This document shows positions 53,165-64,000 of a stretch of 64,000 nucleotides of DNA, piece by piece. The DNA lies in NCBI RefSeq assembly GCF_037042905.1, contig NC_087263.1:12464001-12528000 (forward strand), written 5' to 3'. Source of the DNA: Lytechinus pictus (lineage: Eukaryota). The position numbers and the translations under genes are program-made. Numbering within the stretch: position 1 is the stretch's first letter; each line of letters starts with the position of its first letter. Below the pieces are notes generated by a model, which saw only the letters and a program-made list of their open reading frames with translations, did not search any database and was not told the DNA's origin.

Positions 53165-53749
53165 CAGGACTTACATTTTCTATTTCATCACCATGGTGAT
53201 TATCGACGAAGAATTGAAGAGGCATGAATGTATTAATTGAAAATATGCGCCGGTAGAAAATGTGCCATTGCTGGGAATTTGACAAAACAAGCTCGGTCCC
53301 CCAACCAAGTGCTTGGGTTTCTTTTACCCAAGCAATGATATTACATTGACCCACCTATGCTTATCTATGTTGGTGATCTCCTGGGTGGTCACTTTCAACT
53401 TAGATTTTATAATTCCACAGAGTTGTGTTTATGTAAGCAAATCAGATCTAAATCTACCATGATATGATTGGAATCAACCTTGATTTCACAAACTTTCCCC
53501 ATGAAATCTGTGTTTACTGCAACAACATAACTTTACTTTTAGATTTAAAAAAATATATATACCTTTATGGCAGATCTAGACAGATTAGACAAAATACTGT
53601 AGAGGTTGCTACCATTGAGCACAGACAATATGGCCTGTGTAATGGTACTGTATTGCATCTAACCTTGCTACATCCACCACTGATGTAGTCTACCCCGCTT
53701 TAAGCATATTAAATTGTTTTCCAATATATTTCATATTTTCCTTCACTAG

Positions 53750-53832
53750 GGAGGAAAGTTGATGACAAAATTCCAGTGGTTAATGAACCCACGGCAAGTC
53801 TTTGATCTCTCACAAGGAGGGCCAAGAGAAGG
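53750..53832 (+). CDS. DGKZ: DGK catalytic exon (GGKLMTKFQWLMNPRQVFDLSQGGPREG)
   Basis: actag| and |gtaagt; ends phase 2. Confidence 0.95.
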
Positions 53833-53841
53833 GTAAGTTTG

Positions 53842-54305
53842 ATAGTGGTGTGGTGGTGTTGGTGGTGATGGTGGTGGTGGTGGTGGTGGTGGAGGTGGTG
53901 ATGATGGTGGGGGTGGTGATGATGATGGTAGTGGTGGTGATGATGGTGGTGGAGGTGATGAAGATGGTGGGGGTGGTGGTGCTGGTGATGATGATGGAGG
54001 TGGTGGTGGTGACGATGAAAGTGATGACTATAATGTTGATAATAATTGTAATGTAATGATGAAGGTAATGGCAGATGATTATGATGACGACAATAATTAT
54101 GAAAGTGATGTGAAATGTTGATAATGATGATGATTTTAGTGATTATAATGTTCATGATGATGATGATTGTGATAATAAAAGTGTAAGTACAATGATGCTG
54201 ATAATGACATTCATGATAGTGATGATTATTGATATAAATAATACTGATACTGATCATTAATGATAATGATGGAGATGATGATGATGGTGATAAATATAAT
54301 GACAA
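53842..54305. repeat. (GGT/GAT)n microsatellite filling most of an intron
   Basis: Direct reading. Confidence 0.9.
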
Positions 54306-54362
54306 CAAAACCAAGGAATACATGTAAATAAAAATCCACCCCTCTCCCTTTATATCCTCCAG

Positions 54363-54537
54363 CCTTGAGATCTTCAAGAAAGTACCAAACCTTAGGATCT
54401 TAGCCTGCGGAGGAGACGGGACCGTAGGCTGGATCCTTTCCGAGATTGATAAACTGAAATTCAAGCCAATGCCTCCTGTAGCAGTACTACCTCTTGGCAC
54501 AGGCAATGACCTGGCCAGGACAATCAACTGGGGAAGG
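54363..54537 (+). CDS. DGKZ: DGK catalytic exon ([23 protein letters not shown]...[15 protein letters not shown])
   Basis: ccag| and |gtaggt; GGDG ATP-binding motif. Confidence 0.97.
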
Positions 54538-54960
54538 GTAGGTTTTTCCTTTTATCTTCCTCTCCTCTCTTGCCTCTCGACTCTTGAAAGTGGTTGCCTG
54601 AGGCATTACAGAAATGAGAGTAATCATGATAATAAAGGCCACCAAACACAGTACGACTGGTCCACGATCCCATTCGGGAACAAATTGCATTTTTGCTTGT
54701 TTTCTGCAAATGTGAATAATATGTATTTTTTATTTGAGGTTCAGATTAACTGTAAGAGTACCGATATAGCTGCGACAACTAGGCTTTGACAATGATGGAA
54801 ACATGAATTATGAATCAATGCAATATACAATCCAACTACTTTTTTGTTGCTTGTTTTCTCCCGATTTAATTCATGTTTCTAATTTACCTTGTGAGTAGTA
54901 ATATTTTTTATAAATTTCTTTTCTGAATAACTCTTTATTCTCCATCATTTTCATTCCCAG

Positions 54961-55031
54961 GGTTACACGGATGAGCCCATCTCTAAGATTTTACAACAGG
55001 TTGAAGAAGGGCCAGTGGTTCAACTTGACAG
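54961..55031 (+). CDS. DGKZ: DGK exon (GYTDEPISKILQQVEEGPVVQLDR) with GC donor
   Basis: cccag| acceptor; donor AG|gcaagt gives the conserved QLDRW junction. Confidence 0.93.
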
Positions 55032-55406
55032 GCAAGTCAAAACCTCTTTCTTTTATCAGCGGCATATCAGGGGGCAAGATTGCTGGGGTGGGGGAGTAAA
55101 ATTTGCTTTGAAAGGATCTGTGTGCTGAGCTATCAGCAATAGAGAGTTTGGACCATTTTTGTAAACTCATATTAGCCATTGGAGCAAGGAAAGGGAGTCG
55201 GTCATTTCAACCCGAAACACCATCATGAATGCCAAACGCTATCACCAACACAAAAGGACAAACACCATCACTGAAAAACCATCAAGCACCTGTCCATCAC
55301 CAACACAAACAACATCAAAACCAAACAATATTTAATACCAACATTACCGACACCATCATCAACACCGAATTCGATCCAATGCCCTCATGTTTTCAATATT
55401 CTATAG

Positions 55407-55552
55407 GTGGAATCTTATCACAGAACCTAACCCAGATGTAGCTCTGACGAAAGAAGAGCGAGACATCGACACCAAGCCGTTGGATGTTTTCAACAACTAC
55501 TTCAGCTTAGGGGCCGATGCGAGGACGGCGTTAGAATTCCATGAATCAAGAG
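55407..55552 (+). CDS. DGKZ: DGK exon (WNLITEPNP...[25 protein letters not shown])
   Basis: tatag| and |gtaaat. Confidence 0.95.
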
Positions 55553-55852
55553 GTAAATAAAGAAAAATATGAAACTGACAGAAATCCTTAATGTTGGAGG
55601 AATAGTTCCGGTATGAGTTAAGCAACTACAACATTGTGAAAGAGAGAAATCTGGCAAGAGACAGAGTATGCTGAAGGTCATCACAACAGATATTACATGT
55701 AGCTCATACTTCTATTAAAGCTTGAGATTTATACCTTTTTCCCATCTAGGACTTTGTACACAAACAGCGAGAAGATAATAACTTTTGGTTTTAGCAACTT
55801 GTTTACTTGACAGACTTAAAATTTATCGCCTTCATCTTGTTGTTCCTGACAG

Positions 55853-56045
55853 AGGCAAATCCTGAGAAGTTCAACAGTAGATTCCGAAACAAGATGTACT
55901 ATGCTCGGGCAGGAGGAACAGACCTTCTGAAGAGAGCATCCAAAGATTTAACCAAGAAGATCACACTGGAATGTGATGGGGTAGACTTTACTAGCAGGAT
56001 CCAGGAACTCAAACTACACTGCTTACTATTTCTTAATATCCCCAA
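55853..56045 (+). CDS. DGKZ: DGK accessory-domain exon ([17 protein letters not shown]...[10 protein letters not shown])
   Basis: gacag| and |gtaagt. Confidence 0.95.
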
Positions 56046-56224
56046 GTAAGTCCAGGAACTGCTTTAAGAAAATATTAGTCAAGTTAAAACCAAGAATAAT
56101 AATCTATGTTTGCTCGTAAAATTAGCAACAAGCTATACATTTCTATTTATGTTTATACACAGGAACTCAATCTGCTTACTATTTCTTAATATCCCTAAGT
56201 AAGTCTAGGCTCACATCAGGCCTG

Positions 56225-56493
56225 GGCCCCGTCTTACGTAGAGTTTTAATTTATTTGATCAACCTCAATTATGGAAAGCCGACAATGTCATAACTTTTTC
56301 CTACAGGGAATTTGTACAATATTAGTTGTACACAAAGAGGAGCACACTGGACTGTCAAGAAAACAATAAATGTATGACAATGCCTCATAATCTGAAAATA
56401 TTTTGAGCAAACATGCATTTTAAATGTTGGCGTAACTGGCTTTTCATAGTTGAGGTTGATCAGATCAATCTCAACTCTTTTTACGACGGGGCC
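56225..56493 (+). mobile_element. MITE family B copy
   Basis: ctg|ggccccgtcttac ... gacggggcc|ctg. Confidence 0.88.
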
Positions 56494-56805
56494 CTGGTCC
56501 ATCAGAAACTCCTGATTTTATGCCTCCACCCATTGCATGATGCTAACTGCGTTATGTTTTAGGACTGTAATTAAGTTTTTCGTTCAGACTAATGTCAAGA
56601 TTAGGGTTAGGGTTTATTTAGTTTTGGAGGTGAGATTTTATTGTTTGAATTAACATGTAGATTTTTCATAGGAGCAATTTTCGCTGGAGCAAATGCTGTG
56701 GAACCATTACATGAGATTCCATGTGTGTTAGAAGTCTATGAAGTTTGGTTCCACTTCCGAGATAGCCTTTTCATGTATGGATTTATTTCTAATTGTTTTC
56801 ATCAG

Positions 56806-56914
56806 ATATGGTGCTGGCACCACTCCATGGGGAAATCCAAGCTCCCTTCAGTTTGAGCAACAGAGACACGACGACGGCTTCTTAGAAATCATCGGATTCA
56901 CGCCATCACAAATC
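56806..56914 (+). CDS. DGKZ: DGK exon (YGAGTTPWG...QRHDDGFLEIIGFTPSQI)
   Basis: atcag| and |gtaagt. Confidence 0.95.
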
Positions 56915-57079
56915 GTAAGTATCTCCTTACAACTGAAGTTCCAAGTTGGGTATTTATCAGGGCCCTGGGAACACATTTTTTTACTAGGGGTGCTGGTGTA
57001 AATTTCACAAGCGGAAAAAAAAGGTTTTACTAAAAATTGAAGCTTATTTTGGTCCGCTTCCCAGGACCATGGCATTTAT

Positions 57080-57272
57080 ATAAAATAACCAACCTGTTTT
57101 CTTAGTCAAAAACCCCAATTTTCTTCCCTCCACATGAACTGGGGTTTGAAATTGGGCAATAACATAAAATATCCAACCTTTTTTCTCAGTCCTACCCCAA
57201 TTTTTCTAAATTTTGTTTTTCACTCCACGAACTGGGGTTTGAAATAGGGTGATGACATTAAATAACCAATCG
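57080..57272. repeat. ~90-bp tandem duplication
   Basis: gaactggggtttgaaat twice; aaata.ccaa.c three times. Confidence 0.7.
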
Positions 57273-57561
57273 TTTGTATGTCTGGCTCTGATTTTTCTCC
57301 TTTATCAACTTTGCTTCATGAAATTCCCAAGCATTATAATTTGATGGCATTGCAAATTTGCATATGAACAAGAAAACCGAGCCTAAATGTGTACATGTAG
57401 CTATGTTATGCAGCAATTTTCACTGCTTTTGTTCAGCCTGATATCAAGAAACTACGATCTTGCACAGAATCTGAAAAGAGGATGTCTGTTGAGTTACCGG
57501 ATTTGGTTTCTTTTGTCTGGTTTGTAGTATGAAATATTCATTTGCGTCTCTCATTACCCAG

Positions 57562-57761
57562 GCTGCGTTATATGTTGGGGGTCACGGTGAACGGATCTGC
57601 CAATGCCGAGAGGCCAAGGTCATCACCACGACGACGATACCCATCCAGGTGGATGGCGAACCGTGCCGTCTGCCGCCCTCTATCATCCACATCATGCTGC
57701 GTAACCAAGCCAACATGCTGCTAAAGCCAAAGAGAAGAGGATCTGTGCCCATTAATGCAGA
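57562..57761 (+). CDS. DGKZ: DGK exon (AALYVGGHGERICQCRE...QVDGEPC...KRRGSVPINAD)
   Basis: cccag| and |gtgaga. Confidence 0.95.
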
Positions 57762-58739
57762 GTGAGATTAAAGGGGCGTTATTATCTGTTTTCATTGGGT
57801 ATTGGACACCATTTTGATAAATAGATCACTCAGAGTAGAACGATAGTTGTGACGAGCAGGTGTTATGGAATGCCACAGGCAAAAGCCTTATGTTGCTTTT
57901 ATTGTTCTTATTTCCACTTAGTCATTATCTTGAGTATATTCATTTTCATTGCCTTAGTAGTCTTGCCTGACATTAACTACATACATGTACATTTTTCTTA
58001 TCTCAGTATTTACAAATTTTGCTGTTTTTTAATGTTTGAAATATGAGATGAGTATATTAATTTTTTGTACTTTCAGCCATTTGGCTGCGACCCATAATTT
58101 TTAATCAACCTTGAATTGATTGAAAAGGTAAAGTATCCTGCTTTCTCTAGCCTCACAGTTGGCCAAGGCTAAGCAGGATTGACCAAATATTTTCTCTCTG
58201 GTACTCTGATTTTTCTAATGTGTATACATGTATTATAGGCATTTCCAATGCTTTTCACAAAGTCTAGGGTCAGCAAATGCTAATTTATCCCCCATGATAG
58301 CCATCACCAATCTGACTTTAACTCTATTTTAAATGGGCTTTCTCAGACCAACTCATGGCAAACTTTCTTATACATCAAGAGGTAAATGATTTGAATCGGT
58401 TGCAATAAAGGCTCTCATTTATATGTATAATTTTTTTTAGGGGGACAATATTTTTTTTTTTTCATATAGCAAACCTGCGTTTCTCAAATGAACCAGTTGG
58501 GTGTTTCATAAAGATGTTCGTTAGTTACGATTTACTTCATAAATGACTGATGACTCTTTCTTAGGAACTATTTAAAATCAACACCTATGGAAATTTGGTG
58601 CACATCATTTACGACAACAAAAGGATCACCAGTTTTTCATAAAGTTGCTTGTAACTTCTGGACAGCTTTATGAAACACTCAACAGGACCTTGAGACCTCT
58701 TCCGTTATTTCTGATAATCAATTTATTTGTTTTTTGCAG

Positions 58740-58840
58740 TGCTCCCCTATCCAACGATAGATTGAGGATACAAGTTAGTAGAATAAGTATGCATGACTAC
58801 GAAAGACTAAACTATGACAAAGAGAAGTTAAAGAAAGCTT
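58740..58840 (+). CDS. DGKZ: DGK exon ([33 protein letters not shown])
   Basis: tgcag| and |gtaagt. Confidence 0.95.
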
Positions 58841-58898
58841 GTAAGTGTATATTTCTTTTATTCTCTATTACGTGTATGTTACATTAATTCTGTTTTAA

Positions 58899-59192
58899 CT
58901 CTTTGCCCGACACGTACAGGATCAATCCTGCGCCACATTAATTTCAAGGTGCAACCCTATGAGGGGTTTTGCATGGACTATGCTAATTCAGCTCATAATA
59001 GCTATTCATTGATTGATTGTAAAGAAAAGCTTTGTGTGTACAAAGTACAATGCGATGCACACATCACTATTGTGTATGTGTGTATTAACAATAGACTTAA
59101 TGCACTTTGTGTGTAATGTGAATAGATTTTGACTTGAGTTGAACTTGGCAGTCCACTGGATGTGACTCTAGTCGAACAAAGTGGGTAAAGAG
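58899..59192. mobile_element. piggyBac-like MITE (TTAA TSD)
   Basis: ttaa|ctctttgccc ... gggtaaagag|ttaa. Confidence 0.7.
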
Positions 59193-59625
59193 TTAATGAT
59201 AATAGTTTAACGTGCGTAGAACCAAATCCACTTTGCAGAGTGCTCGTGTATGTTACATTAATTCTGTTTTAACACTCTTTGCCCGACACGTACAGTTATG
59301 AACTAGATGATAAGAGACCCATGATACAATCAGTAACACACACCAAAGTTACAGAAAACAACAGGAAAATCTAAAAGTCTTAAGAAGGAGCTTACATCTG
59401 GCTTTTAGTAATATCAAAGACTGATTTACAAAGACTAAAGTCTCTCTGTATGCTATCCAAAGTAAGGAAATTACATATCATATTTATTTATTAATTGAAA
59501 ACAATGTACATTTAGATGCATTATATGAGTGCAGTACAAGTAACAAATTTTGAAAAAAAAATGACATGTATTAGATAGATATTGCCATGGTCTTTCAAGA
59601 ATTTGAGATATCGATTTTTAAATAT

Positions 59626-59890
59626 GGGCTCGTCTTGGTCTAGTGGTTCTGACTCGCCGCTTTCAAACAGAGGGTCGTGGGTTCGAATCCTAGCCATGGC
59701 GTGTTTTCCTTCTGCAAGAAATTTATCCACACTGTGCTGCACTTGACCCAGGTGAGGTGAATGGGTACCCCACAGAATTAATTCCTTGCATGCACTGAGC
59801 GCCAGTGATGGTAGCTCGAGCCAAAGCCGGGGTTTATATCCTCAGGCAAAAAGCGTTTTATAAATCCAGCTATTGTAATTATTATTATTT
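59626..59890 (+). mobile_element. Near full-length tRNA-derived SINE
   Basis: A box tggtctagtgg, B box ggttcgaatcc, conserved body, (ATT)n tail. Confidence 0.9.
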
Positions 59891-59956
59891 AAACAGAGAA
59901 TATAATAATTATTATAATAATAATAATTATTTCTTGATGCATATTTTTCGTTGCAG

Positions 59957-60109
59957 CTGTGCCATTGGGTATCATCGTAGTCGACTCAGATAGCAACCTG
60001 CAACAGATCCGAGCTCACATTGACAGACTTCTTGAGGTGTACATACTTCAGGATTCCAGTGCCAACGGCTCAGCATCAAGCCTTTCACCTACATGGTGTT
60101 TCCTAGATT
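59957..60109 (+). CDS. DGKZ: DGK exon (SVPLGIIVVDSDSNL...LSPTWCFLD)
   Basis: tgcag| and |gtaagt. Confidence 0.93.
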
Positions 60110-60117
60110 GTAAGTAA

Positions 60118-60476
60118 CATGGTTCCCAAAGTTATGGAAAATCCTGCAAAAATTTGTGGTCTGGGAAAAGTCAGGGAATTTAGAAAATTTGTGACAAGTC
60201 ATGGAAAAGTCATGAATTGTTTTCAAGATAATTTTAAATTTTGGGTGTTGGTGAAACGAAAATGGTACCCTGGTCAGAAACGGCCCCTATACTAATGAAA
60301 ATAGATGTACATGTCATGAGTAAGATAGTGGGTGGAACGAATGGCTGTGAGGGGAGGTGGAGGCCATCATAACATGTCAGATTTTGGAAACCGTGCCAGA
60401 AAGGAAGTCATGGAAAGCAGCAATATAGTCATGGAAAAGTCATGGAATTCTGTTTCAAATTTCTGTGGGAACCCTG
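60118..60476. mobile_element. MITE CA(T/G)GGTTCCCA...TGGGAACCCTG with 6-bp TSD
   Basis: aagtaa|catggttccca ... tgggaaccctg|aagtaa; internal gtcatggaaa repeats. Confidence 0.8.
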
Positions 60477-60924
60477 AAGTAAGACAGATCTTGCTCTTTG
60501 TCTTTTCTTTTGAGTACTAGCTTATCGAGTTACATTGTGTCCTTTGGACATTAAAGCAAATACGATCCAGCAACCTTAATAGCACCTCCACAAGTCCTCA
60601 ACCAGTCAATTCTGACCAGATTCCTACTCCAAAATGTAATATTCTGAGCACTGTAGTCTCCTAATACAGGCCCACTTGAATGATAACTCACAGATCCACT
60701 ACTCAGTATATTCACACTGCATTAATTACTTTACCAAGTAGCCAAACAAGTACTCTCCCCCTCAAAACAACTTTAGTTTGTCTATGCAAATTAAACTGTA
60801 GGCTAATTCATTCTCTGTACTTTTAATATTTATCTGAAAATGTACATTTGTAAGACTAGTTATTCATAGCTGCAGTTAATGAGAGACCTATGCTTGCTCC
60901 CCCTTTAACCAATGGAGGTATACA

Positions 60925-61300
60925 GTAAATTGCCAATTCGTCTACTGCCATCTCGTCCACTCATCACATGGTCTACTTTCATTTAGACTAATGCCATTCC
61001 GTCCATCTACATTTTGTCTAACAGCCATTTGTTCCAATAACCATCTGGTCCAATCATCACTTAGTCTAATCACCATTTCGTCTCATAACCAGTAGGTCTA
61101 ATATCCATTTTATTTTCATTCATAACACTTAGTCCAATTAGACCAAATGGTATATGGACTAAATGGCTATTGGACAACTGGTTATTAGATGAAATGGTGA
61201 GTGGACGAAATGGCAATTAGACCATGTGGATAATGGACGGATTGATGGTAGACCAAATGATAAAAGATGAGTTTTAAATTTGACGAATAGGAAATAAACC
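60925..61300. mobile_element. Foldback-like MITE with tcgtcca/tggtcta modular arms
   Basis: Left-arm motifs (attcgtcta, tcgtccactc, ctaat) mirrored at right (gagtggacga, tagacc, gacgaat). Confidence 0.7.
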
Positions 61301-61647
61301 ATGGTATACAGCTTCAACAAGGCCTTGTACATTAATTGATCTTTGAATGTGGAAGGCAGAAGGTTCTATTTTCAAAATTTATTAAGTATGACTTGTAGGG
61401 GATTGAACCCATTACCTTCCCATTCATGAAGGAGACATTCTACCACTGAGCAACCTTGCCTGGCTGCAGTTATTTTGTTCTGAATTATTCTGAACTGAAA
61501 TGTTCTCTATTCTGAATTTGATCTGTATGGTAAGCAATATATTATGTTTTTTATGTTATGAAAAATGTGTTTTACAAATGATATGAATGCAGGAGAAAAT
61601 AATAAATGAAATCAAATAAATTTTTAATGGTTTTCTTTTCACTCCAG

Positions 61648-61903
61648 CAACGACAGCTGATCGGTTCTTCAGGATAGACCGGCTTCAGGAGCACCTACAC
61701 TATATAACGGACATCTCATCTGACGACCTCTACGTCCTAGACCCAGAGAGAACAAAACCTTCGAGTCTATCTCCGGAGAGCAAGTCCGGGTCCATGCCAG
61801 ACCTGCTGGTCCAAGAAGGCCCGGGGAATAGGACGCCCTCACCGACGATCGTCGGAGCAAACCTCAAAGTACCTCAGACAGGTCCGCTGCTTCAATCGAG
61901 AAG
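61648..61903 (+). CDS. DGKZ: DGK exon (STTADRFFRIDRLQEHLHYITDISSDDLYVLDPE...LLQSR)
   Basis: tccag| acceptor; 5' half resembles DGK-zeta; donor AG|gtgaaa is less certain. Confidence 0.88.
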
Positions 61904-63129
61904 GTGAAAACTCATCTGTGATACATTTATTAATCTTAAAGATTAAGGTTTAATTTGGCTCTCTTGGCACAAAGAAAGGATTGTACAAAAATTTTGATGA
62001 TCCACTGCATTCATTTTGTGATGTAAAATGTAATGAAAGTTGATTGTGCGATCAATCACTAGCTCTTTGTGACAACCCTATAGAGCATTTTGCCAACATT
62101 GATTTTATGACACATTGTCAGATCTTACCACTCTCTTTGATGATATTGTTTGGTTGAGAAGCACAGGGGAGTGTTTTGAAAAAAAGACTTATAAAATATA
62201 CTTTCTTACAAATTCTGTGATATCTGACAGTTACCATAGGATCAGTCAGACACTTGTGCTTCTTAAATTATCAGAATTAATCAAAGTCGCCAGATCTCAC
62301 TACTTGGCAGATGACAAATGTTGATTAAATGCTCTCCGATATCAAGTCATTTTCAATCTCTCCCCAGGTTTCTGATCTCTACCCTGGTAACTGTTAGAAA
62401 AGACAGATTTTCTCGGATAAAACGTCCTACTACTAACAGTCTTTATGTCGGTCTGTTTAAATGCTAATAGTTGAATACAGTACAATTTTATTTGCTGAAA
62501 TGTAATATCTTGCTAACCCTCAATCCCTTGCAATGTAATCCTTATTTGAAATAACAAAAATTTATAATTGAATAAATGAAAATGAATGCATCACCAAGAT
62601 TAATCATATTTTCATGTTGAGGTCCATTTTATTTCATGTATTTCAAATTCATTCAGATATTCAATTAATCCTCATACATTAATTTCATTCTATTACTAAT
62701 GATTCATTGAATGAATAATTTGTCATTTAATTGATATTTACTCCTGTTTTGATATTATTTTTTGATCTAACTTCATTTTGGTTTGCTGTTTCTCCCCCCC
62801 CCCCTTCATTTGATTTTCACCTTTTCCATGAAATTATCACAATTCATTTCAATCCTAATCATGCTTTGGGCTATTCTTTTCCTCTAATTGCTTCATAAAA
62901 TCTTATTATCTGAATTGTAAATAAAATATTCCTCTCTGAAATTCTCATATTTCTGTCTTCCTGGACTCAATTGTGGTGTTGGACCTTCCATTCCGTTATT
63001 TTCTTCCTGAATTGTGTCTCCTTTTACCCTGCCTATCTATATACATTGTATTCTCTTTCACTGCCTCTCTCACCCTCTCTCCTCTTGTGTTTGGCCTCCT
63101 ACCCCTTTTCTTCCCTCTCCTAAACATTG

Positions 63130-63572
63130 AATAACCTTCTCCGCCCATTACTCTTTGTTCTCACGTTCATTCCATCCATCCATCATTCTATCCTTGTATT
63201 TTCTTTCATTAATTGATTTTCTCTCCACCCCACGTTTCTTTTTTACCATCATTCCATGCATTCTGTAATTCAATCCTCTCCACCCCTTATTGGTCCTCCA
63301 TTCCATCCATCCTTCATTCAATTGATCCTTCATTGTGTCCATCCAATCATTGAGTCATTTTTTCCACCCTCACTTCTCATTTTCTTACATTCATTCCATC
63401 CATCCATTAAATCATCTTGTCCACGCCTCGCTTCTTTTCTTACATTCATTTCATCCATTCGTTAAATCATCTTCTCCACCCTTTCTCCTTCTTTTTAAAC
63501 CTTCATTCAATCCATTTATTAAATCATTTTCTCCACCCCTTCCTCCTTCTTTTCTTACCTTCATTGCATCCA
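63130..63572. repeat. Pyrimidine-rich degenerate tandem repeat (cattc/catcc, tctccacc)
   Basis: Direct reading. Confidence 0.75.
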
Positions 63573-63577
63573 TGAAG

Positions 63578-63694
63578 TGACAGTGTGGAGGAGATAACAC
63601 AGGGCATAGATGTAAGCCTTCTTGCTAGTGCTAGTAACAATGAGTTTACTGGTTACGATAGTGAGGATGGTGCGCACTCTATCCCGACTCCAAG
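63578..63694 (+). CDS. DGKZ: Probable DGK linker exon (SDSVEEITQGIDVSLLAS...GAHSIPTP)
   Basis: Open frame in phase 2-2 after a long pyrimidine tract; donor AG|gtacta; acceptor either aag|63578 or cag|63584; no homology recognised. Confidence 0.55.
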
Positions 63695-64000
63695 GTACTA
63701 ATTGGTGTACTACTAATCTTTCTGTCTAGGTGCTTTCATACCAACCCCCAAATCAACCCATAAAATACCAAGGTCTTTTTTATCGGGAATTATACCCAGA
63801 TCAGAAAAAATAGAAATTTTTCAACTGTGAAAGCAAATCAACAAGTTAAAGGTACTTTTATAGACTAAAATAACTTTTGCAGGGATTTCTGCATCGTGAA
63901 AGCAAATTGATAGAACTTGATGTAGGCAAGAATATGCATCTTTTGTATAGGAATTAAAGAGTCCTGTTGCTGGCTTACAATTAAAGGAAGTTGGTATTGT

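Larger units (their letters stand above)
31486..63694 (+). other. DGKZ: Type IV diacylglycerol kinase (DGK-zeta/iota, rdgA-like) gene span; 3' end (ankyrin repeats) outside window
   Basis: Manually spliced exons give a continuous frame with KAISKS...VDWS, two C1 domains (HVWGETNASGDFC..CSSCKIVVHTAC; HHWVHR..CKQCGK..CSWCK..H..C), [36 protein letters not shown] and QVDGEP, matching DGK-zeta from memory of the family. Confidence 0.96.

Noticed and set aside
59626..59700. tRNA gene
   Set aside because: Head of a SINE whose body recurs at 15908 and 51843
60037..60051. 15-nt GT...AG micro-intron (gtgtacatacttcag) inside exon 59957-60109
   Set aside because: Far too short for normal splicing and reads through in frame as VYILQ
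62368..62386. Micro-exon cag|gtttctgatctctaccctg|gtaa
   Set aside because: 19 nt breaks the frame and abuts repeat-derived sequence

Overview
AT-rich, intron- and repeat-rich eukaryotic (metazoan) DNA; the repeat landscape suggests a marine invertebrate such as a sea urchin (inference only). The window is dominated by one + strand gene, a type IV diacylglycerol kinase (DGK-zeta/iota, rdgA-like). By manual translation I reconstructed 16 frame-consistent common exons (43573-61903): two C1 domains, a MARCKS-like basic/NLS segment, catalytic and accessory domains, and the post-catalytic region. There is one further probable exon at 63578-63694; the ankyrin-repeat C-terminus expected for this family is not seen and should lie beyond the window. 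Upstream, four separate ATG-containing exons (31486, 35268, 37796, 42210) all end in a phase-2 donor that fits the same acceptor at 43573, implying alternative N-termini; a further non-coding first-exon candidate lies near 6.5-7.2 kb. Other notable points: a GC-AG intron, three partial exon duplications (one a potentially spliceable in-frame 36-nt mini-exon), a back-to-back inverted MITE pair, a 43-bp hairpin-unit satellite, and many MITE families whose TSDs can be read directly. Most ORFs in the supplied track are microsatellite artefacts. I found no convincing evidence of a wholly new biological system; the best leads are isoform and splicing hypotheses.
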